Shown here: one piece after another, positions 42,556 through 53,234 of the stretch
Layout of the letters: each line of letters starts with the position of its first letter
Position numbering within the stretch: position 1 is the stretch's first letter
DNA from: an uncultured Chloroflexia bacterium
GTDB taxonomy: Bacteria; Chloroflexota; Anaerolineae; B4-G1; SLSP01
Direction of reading: 5' to 3'
DNA length: 64,000 nt
NCBI GenBank assembly: GCA_963751345.1
Contig: CAVVUS010000030.1
Location: forward strand, 320,001 to 384,000
Notes under the pieces: generated by a model
Told to the model about the DNA's origin: nothing
What the model saw: only the letters and a program-made list of their open reading frames with translations
The model's database searches: none
Made by a program: the position numbers and the translations under genes

Positions 42556-43662
42556 TCAGCCTGGACAGGAACTTCGTGCCCGACCTCGGCCGACTTGTAG
42601 AGGGCATCCAGTCGCCTTGATGACGTTGAGCACCTCTGCCCGCTTGACGATCTTCTCCTCCTCGCCACGCAGCACGCGAACCACGTGCTGCATATAAAGG
42701 AAGTGTCCGGAGAATGCCTTGCCGGGGTCGGAGGGGATGTGAGGCACGGAGTCCGACATGTAGTGACCCTGGTTGGCGATATAGCGAAGCGGGTCGAACA
42801 TCAGGCCACCCTTGGTGCCGAGGATGAAGGTGCTGCCCGCACCTTGCTCGACGTTGGCAGCCCAGGAGGTGCGCAGCACCAGCGAGCCACCATTCTCCAT
42901 GCGCATATAGCCGGAGGCGAAGTCCTCAACATCGAACTCGTGATAGTCATAGGGACGGGGCTCGATCAACAGGCCCGCATCGGCGCCACTCTCGCCCAGC
43001 GAGGTGACGAGGTCCTCATCCTTGTTTCCGAACTTGGTGACCGTCTGGCCGCTCACAGCTGTGACCTTGGGGTTCCCCATGACCCAGATGAGCATATCCA
43101 GCGCGTGCACACCGATGTCGTAGACGGGACCACCGGCGTTTTCCGCCTTGATGTGGAAGACGCCCCACTTCGGGATACCACGGCGGCGAATGGTCGCCGT
43201 CTCGGCGTAGTACATGTCGCCCAGCATGCCCGCTTCCGCATAGGCCTTGGCTGCAAAGGAGGAGCCGCTGAAGCGCGCGGTCTGCGTGATGAAGAGCTCG
43301 CGTCCCACGGACTCGGCGACGTCAAACATCTCCTTGGCATCGTTGTAGCCGGGCGCGATGGGTTTCTCGCAGCAGACGTTCGCTCCCGCCTTCAGTGCGG
43401 CGATCGTGATCGGCTTGTGGTAGCAGTTGGGCGTACAAACAGAGACGATGTCCGGCTGGATCTCATCAAGCATCTTCTGCCAGTCACCGTAGTGATTCGG
43501 AACGTTAAATCCGGCGGCCACCTGCTCTGCCCGCTCCGGCAGAATATCAGCGGTGGCAACCAACTCGACATCCTTCGTCAACGACGCCCACGACGGTGCG
43601 TGTGCGGTGCTACCAATCATACCCGTCCCAATGATCGCAACGCGGAACTTCTTAGCCATCAT
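42556..43662 (-). CDS. Gfo/Idh/MocA oxidoreductase
   Basis: IIGTGMIG, CEKP, RRRGIPKWG, GGPVYDIGVH and DVEDF. Confidence 0.93.
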   Translation of the reverse strand: MMAKKFRVAIIGTGMIGSTAHAPSWASLTKDVELVATADILPERAEQVAAGFNVPNHYGDWQKMLDEIQPDIVSVCTPNCYHKPITIAALKAGANVCCEKPIAPGYNDAKEMFDVAESVGRELFITQTARFSGSSFAAKAYAEAGMLGDMYYAETATIRRRGIPKWGVFHIKAENAGGPVYDIGVHALDMLIWVMGNPKVTAVSGQTVTKFGNKDEDLVTSLGESGADAGLLIEPRPYDYHEFDVEDFASGYMRMENGGSLVLRTSWAANVEQGAGSTFILGTKGGLMFDPLRYIANQGHYMSDSVPHIPSDPGKAFSGHFLYMQHVVRVLRGEEEKIVKRAEVLNVIKATGCPLQVGRGRARSSCPG

Positions 43663-43696
43663 AGCCTCCTAGTGAGTTACTGAAACGATGATCCAT

Positions 43697-43758
43697 GCGG
43701 GCGCAAGGTGTTGCGCCCCGCCTTCAATCCGTACGGGCGCAGCATGCTGCGCCCCTAC
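43697..43758. repeat. Intergenic pair of GTAG-type REP palindromes
   Basis: GCGGGCGCAAGGTGTTGCGCCCCGC and GTACGGGCGCAGCATGCTGCGCCCCTAC. Confidence 0.75.
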
Positions 43759-43773
43759 CCATTGCCGATTCTA

Positions 43774-44996
43774 TCACAGCATCGTGTTCAATCCCAATTC
43801 AACCGCCGCCTCGCTCTGGTTCTGGACAGCCGTGCTCTCCGCGAAAAGCGTTGCCGACAATCGAGGCCGCGATCAGGCCCTCATGCAGCGCCACCGCCGT
43901 CCCGGGGGCTTCCGCCGCCTGAGGTGTCGCCGCGAAGTCGCAGCCGTTGACGATCAGCCGGCCTCCATCTGCCGTCACACATGGGGCCCCGATGTTGTCG
44001 GCATCCCAGCGGGTGAAGTGACACCCGTTCAAGATCAGGGTGCTTGGCCCTTGCTTGACGACGTGCGACTGCGTCTCCGGCGTACCCCAGAAGCCGCAGT
44101 TCGTGAACTTGACCGGCCCCTCATTGGCCTCACCGATCTCGACGGTGGCCATGAACTGCCCATTGACGAACTGGACGCCCGCGTGGCTTTGCGAACGATC
44201 CACTCGGACGGCCACGGGGCAGATGTCGCTCCCGGATTGGGTAACCACTGCGTTACCCGGTCCATACCCGAAGTCATCGAAGTGGAAGCCGATCTTGGGA
44301 AAGATGACGAAGCTGTTGGTGATGTACTCCCAGTCGGTCTTGCCGATCTTGAACCCGATGAGATTCGCCTCCAGATATTCCTTGAAGCCGGGCCTTGTGA
44401 CAGGATCACCGAGGTCGGGCGACATCCGCGCCCAGAAGTTGGGATTGAAGTGAACATTTTCCAGCCGCCCGATATCCGTGCACCGGTCGACATAGACACC
44501 GATATTGAGCGGGCATGCAAAGACATTCCGTACGGTATGGAGCTCGTTCCAGCACGTACCCAGATCCAGCGCGCGGTATGGATTCGTGAGGGTGACATCC
44601 GCGATCTGGCAGAGCTCGCCGTCCACACGTATGCTCCAGGGATAGGCCGCCACCTCAGGGATCGATTGCTCGGGGTAGTGGATGATGAGATTGCGGACAA
44701 CGCCATTGGGCTTGAGGGTGATCAAGAGGATCACCCTCAGGCATATCACGACCTCCATAAGCGAGCAGCACCGTGCCAATCGGATGTTCCGAGTGAGGCA
44801 CCCCACCGGAAGCACCGGCAAGCGTCACACCAGGTGGTACGACGAGCGCGCCATCGATCCGGTACTTTCCCGGTGGAAGATAACAGATCGGCGGACCGCT
44901 CTCCGCAACAGCCAGGGCCTCCAGCAGAGCCCCCGTGTCATCGGCCTTCCCATCCCCGATGGCGCCAAAGTCTGCGGCATTCACGAAATCCAACAC
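43774..44996 (-). CDS. Right-handed beta-helix (pectate_lyase_3-like) protein, cytoplasmic (frameshifts near 44730 and 43830)
   Basis: NAADFGAIGDGKADDT, YLPPGKY, NPY, DIGRLENVHF and FTNCGFWG repeats; the corrected C-terminus is ...VELGLNTML*. Confidence 0.78.
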
Positions 44997-45025
44997 GACG
45001 CTGCCTCCCGCCTACGGCTGATAAA

Positions 45026-46090
45026 CTAGATCTCAGGTACGCTGACCTCGATCTCGTGCCCCACGGCGGCCGAATCCACCAGTCCCTGCATGATGACGTT
45101 CGTCAACAGCAGTTCTTCTGCCGGGATCGGTGAGGGCAGGCCCTCCCGGATAGCCTTGGCGAAGTCCAGGTTTTCGCGGCGGAATTGGTCGATGGGCTCG
45201 GTCGGCTGGTAGTTCACGGGCTGCGTGTCGGTGAGCATCCCGAACTCCCACCGGTAGATCGTCAGCGGGTGAAGCTTCATCCCGGCCTGCGTGCCCAGCA
45301 GGAAGGGAGCGCCACCACCACTCAGGTGCGAGATCCAGGCTGCCTTAAAGGTCACGACGGCGCCCGTGTCGAACCGAACCCAGGCGGCACCGAAGTCCTC
45401 GACGCTCAGTTTCTCGGGCGAGAAATCGCCCCCATGGTGATGCGCGCCGAAGATCGGGGAGTAGCTCTTGCCGAGGTAGTTATTGGCCACACCTGACACC
45501 GCGACGGGCTTGGGGTGGTGCATCAGGCAGAGTGTCGCATCGAGGCTATAGACGCCCCAGTCACCGACGACACCGATACCCGCGGTCTCCTTGGTGATGA
45601 AGCTGCCGCCGGGCAATCCCAGGCGACCGAACCCACCACTCTCACCGTAGTAGATATCACCCAGCACGCCGGAGTCGGCAATCGTCTGCGCGACGATCCG
45701 GTCGTCCCCATAGCGCGCCTTGAGCCCGACCATGAGCAACTTGTCGCTCTTCTTCGCGGCGCGGGTAATGGCCACCGCGTCGTCGAGCGTCGCCGCCATC
45801 GGCTTCTCGACGAGCACATTCTTGCCGGCCTCGAGCGCATAGATGGAAGGAGCAGCGTGCGCCTCATTCCAGGTGAGGACGGAGACGGACTCCACGTCCT
45901 CCTTGTCGATCATCTCTTTGTAATCCACGTAAGTGTGCGGGATACCAAACTCGGCCGCACGATTCTCAGCACGCTCGGGAACGATATCGGCAATGGCGAC
46001 GACCTTGATTTCATCGACGGTCGAGAGCGCCTGCAGATGCGCGCCGGAGATCGCGCCCGCGCCGACGATGGCAATTCTCAGGGGATCCAT
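45026..46090 (-). CDS. Gfo/Idh/MocA oxidoreductase
   Basis: IVGAGAIS, VEKPMA, GVVGDWGVY and SVEDF. Confidence 0.93.
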   Translation of the reverse strand: MDPLRIAIVGAGAISGAHLQALSTVDEIKVVAIADIVPERAENRAAEFGIPHTYVDYKEMIDKEDVESVSVLTWNEAHAAPSIYALEAGKNVLVEKPMAATLDDAVAITRAAKKSDKLLMVGLKARYGDDRIVAQTIADSGVLGDIYYGESGGFGRLGLPGGSFITKETAGIGVVGDWGVYSLDATLCLMHHPKPVAVSGVANNYLGKSYSPIFGAHHHGGDFSPEKLSVEDFGAAWVRFDTGAVVTFKAAWISHLSGGGAPFLLGTQAGMKLHPLTIYRWEFGMLTDTQPVNYQPTEPIDQFRRENLDFAKAIREGLPSPIPAEELLLTNVIMQGLVDSAAVGHEIEVSVPEI

Positions 46091-46195
46091 ATACAGCCTC
46101 CTCGATGTAAGCAGTGTTGGTATCTGCCAGGGCCGACGTTGGTTCAGCTGCGCCATAGGTCGGCCCTGACGATCTTTGCCAGATTCTGTTAGCAC

Positions 46196-46225
46196 CCTGC
46201 GCCAGGTTTCGAAACCTGGCACAGG
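46196..46225. repeat. REP-like palindrome
   Basis: CCTGCGCCAGGTTTCGAAACCTGGCACAGG. Confidence 0.6.
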
Positions 46226-46238
46226 TTAGACATGCTTC

Positions 46239-47234
46239 CTAGAAAGTGACCTGGCGTCCTTCGCGAGAGGCCTGATACGACCGCTCGAGCATCTCGGTCA
46301 GGTTGCGGCCATCCTCGACGGTGATCGTCATTTCCGTACCGTGCAGGATCGCGCTGATCCACTGATCCATCGGCATCGGAAGCGACTCCGGCATCCTCGC
46401 CGGCGTGATGTAGCCCCGGATCCCGCCGGTGTCCAGATCGGTGGAGCTCAGGGTCAACCCACCGGAGTCACGCCCAACGTAGCCCTTGGTGCCGCGAATC
46501 TCCATCGGGTTGGGGCCGGAGCGCTGGACCCACGACGTATCGAGGACGCCCAGGGCACCACTCTCGAACTCCACGACGATCACGGAGTTGTCGTCGATGG
46601 GATAGGCGCCGGAGAAGTTGTTGATCTTGGCGACCACGCTCTTGGGCTTTCCCATGAACCAGCGCATCACGTCCACGGTGTGGCAACCAAGATCGAAGAG
46701 CGCACCACCGCCCGCCAACTCTGCATCGGCGAACCAGGCGCTGCCATCGTGGAACCAGGCGTCGAGCGCAGCGTTGTGCGCGACGCGCGCGCGCATGAAC
46801 GTGACGTCGCCAAGCCAACCCTTGTCCAGGACATCCTTCATGAAGAGCGTCTCGCCGCGGGTGCGGCTGGGCAGCGAGATCATGAACTTGATGCCGCTGT
46901 CGTTGACGGCCTTCACGATCTCGTCGGCGTCCGTGGTCTTGACGCACAGGGCCTTCTCGGTGAAGATGTGCTTACCATACTTCAGCGCGGTCTTCATGAC
47001 CCAGGGGTGCTGGCTGGTGTAGGCGTTGACGACGACGGCGTCTACATCATCGCGGCTGACAACCTTCTCCAGATCCATCTCGTAGGGAACGCCAAAGCGC
47101 TCGGTCGCGGCCTCACCTCGGCCCTTGTCATCCTCCCAGAGCGCGACGATCTCGGCCTCCGGATGATCCACAACGTGCTGTGCATAGCCATTGGCATGCA
47201 CGTGAGCCATACTGAGCATTGCAACGCGTAACAT
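46239..47234 (-). CDS. Gfo/Idh/MocA oxidoreductase
   Basis: SMAHVHA, TEKAL, GGGALFDLGCH and IDD. Confidence 0.92.
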   Translation of the reverse strand: MLRVAMLSMAHVHANGYAQHVVDHPEAEIVALWEDDKGRGEAATERFGVPYEMDLEKVVSRDDVDAVVVNAYTSQHPWVMKTALKYGKHIFTEKALCVKTTDADEIVKAVNDSGIKFMISLPSRTRGETLFMKDVLDKGWLGDVTFMRARVAHNAALDAWFHDGSAWFADAELAGGGALFDLGCHTVDVMRWFMGKPKSVVAKINNFSGAYPIDDNSVIVVEFESGALGVLDTSWVQRSGPNPMEIRGTKGYVGRDSGGLTLSSTDLDTGGIRGYITPARMPESLPMPMDQWISAILHGTEMTITVEDGRNLTEMLERSYQASREGRQVTF

Positions 47235-47314
47235 TGTTAGTCTCCTTGTAGTGCCTTAGTGTGTGAACGTTTCTTCTTTGATCTCAGCGCACCGGCGGCA
47301 TCGCCGGCAGCGCA

Positions 47315-48983
47315 TCAACCCAACCGAATCGGACATAGGCAGAAAAGACACGGTCCACGAATGCCTAGTCCCCGAGACACGGGAGTCCCGAAGTTCTCCC
47401 GTAAAAGGACGACGAACTCTTCTGCAGTGACGACCCGGGTATGGGGCGGCAGGAGGTCGATGGTGCGTTTGACGGCCTCCATGGGCCCGCCGATCTCCTC
47501 GAACGACCAGGCATGCACGTTGATCAGCGCGTAGCTGTCGGGATCGGTCTGCGGTGAAGCCGGTAAACCTGCGATGGCCTCAGCCACGCCCTCAGGGCTG
47601 TTCTTTGCCAGCGGCTCCCAAAGCAGATAGCGATAGGAGACGCAGGGCTTGCCCTCGTACCAGGTAGATGCGGCCCTCTTTGGCGTTGTAGGGCGAGTAG
47701 TCCTTGTAGATCACGCCCATGATCCCCGGCTGCGCGAGCAGCTCAGCGCTCTGTTCCATACCACCGCCTGAGTTCAGCATCGTGGCGATGGTCAGGTCGC
47801 CGGCCTGCATTGCAGCCGCCGTGCGCTCGGCAAAGGTCTCACGGTTGGGCAGGTAGCTATGATACGCGTACCCGATACCGCTGGGGCCTGTGACGAAGTC
47901 GTCGATGGTGCGGCCATGACTGGCCGTTTGGTAGAAGTGCGCCAGCGTGCGCGGGGCCACCTCCGCGAGCAGAGGCGCCATCTCCCACGTCATGTTGAAG
48001 GTGCCGCGATAGGGACTGGCCCAGAATCCCTCGGAGGTGACGAACTGCCCTCCCATCCACTGGATATTATCCCCATCGCTCATCACGAAGGCAATAATGC
48101 GCTCCCCTTCCTTAGCCGGACGAACGGAAGGGTGAGGCCGTTCGGGCAGCGTTGCAGGCAACCGCTGGAGCACGGAGAGATTGCGCGACCAGTCCGCAGG
48201 AATGCCTGCGCCACCTTCGCTGCTCACCTGTTGGATCCAGGCATGCTCGTCGCCCCCCCAGCCGAAGACCGTAAGGTCCGAGCCCAGGGCATGCGCGATT
48301 CGCATATGGTTGTCGGGGTCAACGCCATAGAGGGTGAAGGCGTCACGGGAAACGGCGAAGTCGCGCAAGTGAGCGTTCTTGGATTCAGCCTGCTCGACCA
48401 TGACCGTGCCGAGAAGCCCGGCTTCGCCAGAAGAGGCAAACATCTCGCTATACGTATCAAAGGCCTCGACCTCATCCATGCCGCGTGCGTCGGCCAGCAC
48501 CGCCAAACCCGCCGCCTTGGCCTGGTCCTGGAGCGAAGTGTCGATCGCGACGGCCCTCAGCGGGCCACAGAGCGACGTTGCGACATTGATGCTGTCAGTG
48601 CCCAGATCGTAGAGCACACTGCCTGCGACAGCCTCTCGGAACTCGTCCAAGAGATCCCACACGGAACCCGCCTCGCGAATGTTGATACCTTCCTCTTTCA
48701 GATCCGCCAGGATGAGGGCATTCATCCCCACATCCTTAATCCAGATTGCACTGGACCCATCCGCCACGAGTCCCTGCAAAGTGAGAACTAGCGTCTGCTC
48801 CGCCGAACTAAGTGCATCCGGGTCAACGACCCAGAGCGTCTCGAGACCCGAAGGCGGAAAAGTCACAGGAATCGGGGTTGGGTTACACCCCGTCAAGAGC
48901 ATCGTGCACAGCCCCAGACAGCTGAAAACCCAACCCCAAGCTGACATCACGTCTGACATCACGTTCCCAACCGGTAAGCTCAT
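47315..48983 (-). CDS. GxGYxYP-family lipoprotein (frameshifts near 47670 and 47590)
   Basis: Lipobox LTGC, TLQGLV, MSDGDNIQW, GPSGIGYAY, VHAWS and VVTAEEF. Confidence 0.8.
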
Positions 48984-50030
48984 ACCTCGGGAACGGACAC
49001 CTCCACCTCACGACCCGCCGCCGCCGAGTCGATCAGACCCTGGATGATGACGTTGGTGATCAGCATCTCATCCGCCGGAATCGGCGAGGGCGTGCCATTC
49101 CAGATCGCCTCAGCGAAGGCCATATTCTTCGCCAGGAAGAGATCCTCATCCCGCCGCATGCCCGGCTGCGGGGTGATATCGACGAGGCGGCTGTAATTAT
49201 GGGTGAAGAGGGTCAGGGGGTTCATCTTCATCCCCGCCTTGGTCCCCAGAATCAGATTGCTGCCGAGCGAGTCCATATGCATGATCCACGAGGTCTTGAA
49301 GACCATCAGCGCGCCGTTCTCAAAGCGCACCGACGCGACCCCAAAGTCCTCAACGCTCAGATCCTCGGGCACCCACTGCCAGCAGCCCTCAACAGGAGTG
49401 TGTGACTTACCGAGCAGGTTGTTGGCGATGCCGGAGACGGCCACCGGCTTCGGATGCCCCATCAGGTGAAGCACCTCATCCAACGCATAGACACCGATAT
49501 CGGCTACGGTCCCGATGCCGGCGGTTTCCGCGCGGATGAAGCTGCCTCCGGGAATGCCGCAGCGGCGGCATGCCACGGCTTCAGCATAATAGATGTCACC
49601 GAGCGTACCGGCGTCGACGATGCCCTTCGCGGTCTTGCGGGCAAAGCCGAAGCGCGGCTGGACGCCGACCATCAAGATCAGCCCGGTCTCGTGGGCGGCC
49701 TTCGTCATCTTGGTGGCATCGACAAGCGTGGCGGCCATCGGCTTCTCGACCAACACGTGCTTCCCTGCGTGAAGCGCGTCCACCGCGGGTGCGCAGTGCG
49801 CCTGGTTCCAGGTACAAATGCTCACGGCCTCAACTTCGTCCATCTCGAGGATCTTGTTATAGTCCGTGAAGACCAGGGGAACGCCGTAGGTGTCAGCGGT
49901 CCGCTGGGCCTTCTCCTCGACAAGATCGCAGACGGCAACGACCTCGAATTTCGTCCGTCTTCGCAAGCGCCTTCATATGCGTCTGCGCAATGCCACCAGT
50001 CCCAATCAATCCGATCTTTAGCGGTTTCAT
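48980..50030 (-). CDS. Gfo/Idh/MocA oxidoreductase, close paralog of 45026-46090 (frameshift near 49950)
   Basis: MKPLKIGLIGTGGIA start at 50030; VEKPMA, GTVADIGVY, HPKPVAVSG and SVEDF. Confidence 0.92.
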
Positions 50031-50074
50031 CGAACTCCAGCCTCCATTTCATCTGCGCTATCGTTGTTGAAAAA

Positions 50075-50118
50075 AACAGCCTACAGGAACTGGGTTCACA
50101 CCCGTTTCTGTAGGCTGT
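50075..50118 (-). terminator. Intrinsic terminator or stabilising hairpin after the ABC transporter genes
   Basis: ACAGCCTACAG...CTGTAGGCTGT stem followed by a T run on the minus strand. Confidence 0.7.
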
Positions 50119-50153
50119 CTGCTACCTAATTGAAGCTCTTTCTCAGCAAGACG

Positions 50154-51217
50154 TTAGTCCTCGGCTCCCACAGCTTGCCGGCGTCTCGCCGCCTGAGTCT
50201 CGGCCACGGGCTCTCGCACGGGGCGATCCTGATGCAGGAAGCATGCCGCGTAGTGGCCTTCCTCTACCTCAAAGTCGGGCGGCCGCTTCTCGGAGCAGAT
50301 CGGCATAGCATACGGGCACCGCTCAACGTAGACACACTTGTTGCCCTCGTGGGTCAGCGGTCGATCGGTGATCTTCACGTTCGCGCGACGTCTGCCAACG
50401 CTCCGTCGGATCGGGCGAGGGAATAGCTTTCAGCAACTGCTGGGTATAGGGATGCGAAGGCTTATCCAGCAGTTGGTCGATGATCCCTGACTCCACGACC
50501 CGGCCGAAGCACAGCACCAACATCGGGCCACCCATATAGTAGGCGGTCGCCAGGTGGTGTGTGATGAACAGACAGGAGATGTCGTACTTATCCCGGAAGT
50601 CCAGCAGGATGTTCAGGAAGAGCGCGCGCACGGCGACATCGATCATCGAGACCGGCTCGTCTGCGATAATGATCTTGGGGCGCAGCAACAAGGTGCGCGC
50701 CAACATCACGCGCTGGCACTGGCCGCCACTGAGCTGGTGCGGGTATCGCCCGATGACGTCATCGGGCTGCAGATCGACACCACGCAGCGCCTCTGTCTTG
50801 AGAGCCAGCGACTCCTCCGCCGAAGAGGCCAGATCAAAGTTCTTGATCGTCATATCCAAGACCCGATCGATGCGATAGAAGGGGTTGTAGATGCTGAACG
50901 GATCCTGGAAGATGGGCTGCACGTTGCGGCGGAAGTCCCACCACTCACTCTTGGTCAACTCGGTGGTCAGCTTACCGCGGAAGAGCACCTGCCCGATGGT
51001 CGGGGGCGTCAACCCCAGCAGCATACGGGCCAGCGTCGTCTTTCCACTGCCACTCTCGCCGACCAACGACACGATCCGGGCAGGTTTCTCGTGCAGGGCA
51101 AGAGAGACCTGGTCCACAGCGGCGATGTACTCTCGCTCGAACCCTGGGGTGGGGATACTGAAAATCTTCGAGACATTGCGAGCTTCGAGAACAGTTCTGA
51201 TTGTCTAGCGTATTCAT
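50154..51217 (-). CDS. Opp/Dpp-family ABC ATPase, OppF-like (frameshifts near 51195 and 50380)
   Basis: GESGSGKTT, IFQDP, LSGGQCQR, ADEPVS, HPYT and RCPYA..C. Confidence 0.92.
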
Positions 51218-52341
51218 TTCTTACTAAACTCCTCGGAAGCTGCGACCCATCCATCTTCTGAGAGACGCGTGTCCATATGCGTCGCCTGAGTCACGTCTTC
51301 AGACATCGGGTTGGGGTAGAGATGACAGGCAACCCGTCGCCCCGGGGCCACTTCCAACATTGGAGGTAGTTCGTGTCGACAGACCTCCATCACGTAAGGG
51401 CAACGCGGGTGGAAACGACAGCCCGGCGGCCAATCCAACGGGCTGGGCGCATGGCCGGGGATACCGACCATCCTCTCACGATCCCCCCCAATCATAGGAA
51501 TGGAGGCGATCAAGCCCTGCGTGTAAGGATGCAGCGGCTCCTTGAACGTCTCGATCACCGGTGCGACCTCAACTATCAGCCCCGAATACATAATGCCCAT
51601 ACGATCCGCAAGCTCGGCGTGTACCGCCATATCGTGTGTCACGTAGATGAGCGTCAGCCCCAATTGGTTGGCGATTTCCTTCAACTCCTGCAGGATGACC
51701 TGCTGGACGTTGACGTCCAGCGCTGTGGTAGGCTCGTCAGCGATGATCAGACCGGGCTTCAGCGAGACCGCCGCTGCGATGGTCACGCGCTGCTTCATAC
51801 CGCCACTGAGCTCGTGAGGGTACATGCGCGCAACGGCCGGCTCAAGCCCCACCATATCCAGGCACTCGAACATCCGGTCGCGAGCCTGCTCCTTCGACAT
51901 ATCGCTGTGTTCGTAGATGGCGTCCAGGATCTGATGTTCCACACGATGGACCGGGCTCAGCACGTTCATCGCGCCCTGGGGAATGTAGGCGATATGCTTC
52001 CAAAGCATCTCGCGCATCCCCCGGGCCGAAAGCTTCAGCAGGTCGCGCCCGACGGACGTCGAGCCGGAGACGCGGCTATAGTAGATGACCTCGCCACTCT
52101 CGATGAAGCCGGGCAACTTGGTCATCCCCAGGAGGCCCCTGGCCAGCGTTGTCTTGCCACACCCCGACTCTCCGGCCAGGCCGAAGATCTCGTTGCGGTC
52201 AATGGTGACATCAACCCCATCGACAGCTTGGGCATTCCCGCGCGACGTCCGGTACCAGACACGCAGGTCTTTGATCTCCATCAGTACTTGCTCGTCGCCA
52301 GTCCGCTGGCGTGTTGTTGTTTCATTCATCGTCATAGACAT
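51214..52341 (-). CDS. Opp/Dpp-family ABC ATPase, OppD-like
   Basis: GESGCGKTT, YPHELSGGMKQR, DEPTTALDV and GCRFHPRC. Confidence 0.95.
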   Translation of the reverse strand: MSMTMNETTTRQRTGDEQVLMEIKDLRVWYRTSRGNAQAVDGVDVTIDRNEIFGLAGESGCGKTTLARGLLGMTKLPGFIESGEVIYYSRVSGSTSVGRDLLKLSARGMREMLWKHIAYIPQGAMNVLSPVHRVEHQILDAIYEHSDMSKEQARDRMFECLDMVGLEPAVARMYPHELSGGMKQRVTIAAAVSLKPGLIIADEPTTALDVNVQQVILQELKEIANQLGLTLIYVTHDMAVHAELADRMGIMYSGLIVEVAPVIETFKEPLHPYTQGLIASIPMIGGDRERMVGIPGHAPSPLDWPPGCRFHPRCPYVMEVCRHELPPMLEVAPGRRVACHLYPNPMSEDVTQATHMDTRLSEDGWVAASEEFSKK

Positions 52342-52357
52342 GATCGCTTCTCCGTGG

Positions 52358-53224
52358 TCACTTGGTCACTTTCTGCAGACGCGGGTTGAGATACTCCTCC
52401 ATACCACGGTTGATCATGGTAATGGCCATAAAGATGAGAACCAAGGCCCCGACGGGGATCAGCAGGATCTCCATCCGCCCCATACTGTACACCCCCCATC
52501 CTTGGGCGTAGTTGATCATCAACCCCAGCGTGATAATGTTCGACGGCCCCAGGCCGATCGCTTCAATGCCTACCTCGGAGACCATTGCGCCGACGACACT
52601 GAAGGCAAAGCCCATCAGCAGGTAAGGCACCAGGTTGGGGAGAATCTCGGTGAAGATGATGGCGAAGTCGCCCTGCCCCGAGACCTTTGCCAACTCCACG
52701 TAGGGGCGCTCTTTCATCGTCATCACCTGCGCCCGGATCGTCCGGGCCGAGAACGGCCAACTGAAGAGAGCGAGAATGACGGCCATCGTTGCGACGATCA
52801 GCTCGGTCGTGACCATCGCGATAGCGACGAGGACCGGATAGGAGGGGATCACGATCAACATGTTGGTGAAGGTGAGCAGCACCGTGTCGATCAAGCCCCC
52901 CTCATAGGCCGAAAGGAACCCCACGGTAATACCGACGGCTGACGCGACACAACCGGCCAGGAAACCGATCAGGAGGGTCTTCTGCAAGCCGGCGAGGAAA
53001 TCCGCAAGCAGATCACGCCCGTGGCCATCGGTTCCCAGAGGATGACCCGGTCCCGCAGGCAGCCAGCGTCCGAACGCCCCAGGCCGCGCAGGGTTCACAT
53101 TCCCGATGATGGGCCTGTAGATCAATGGGGCGACCAGGGCCAGCACCACGAAAAAGGCGAGGACCAGCACCCCGAACTTGAACTTCCCGCTCGTGCGCCA
53201 ACAACTTCCTAGAAAACTCAGCAT
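52358..53224 (-). CDS. Opp/Dpp-family ABC permease, OppC-like
   Basis: HPLGTDGHGRD, an EAA-like loop (YVELAKVSG), ILPN and NPRL. Confidence 0.93.
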   Translation of the reverse strand: MLSFLGSCWRTSGKFKFGVLVLAFFVVLALVAPLIYRPIIGNVNPARPGAFGRWLPAGPGHPLGTDGHGRDLLADFLAGLQKTLLIGFLAGCVASAVGITVGFLSAYEGGLIDTVLLTFTNMLIVIPSYPVLVAIAMVTTELIVATMAVILALFSWPFSARTIRAQVMTMKERPYVELAKVSGQGDFAIIFTEILPNLVPYLLMGFAFSVVGAMVSEVGIEAIGLGPSNIITLGLMINYAQGWGVYSMGRMEILLIPVGALVLIFMAITMINRGMEEYLNPRLQKVTK

Positions 53225-53234
53225 CCCACTCCTC

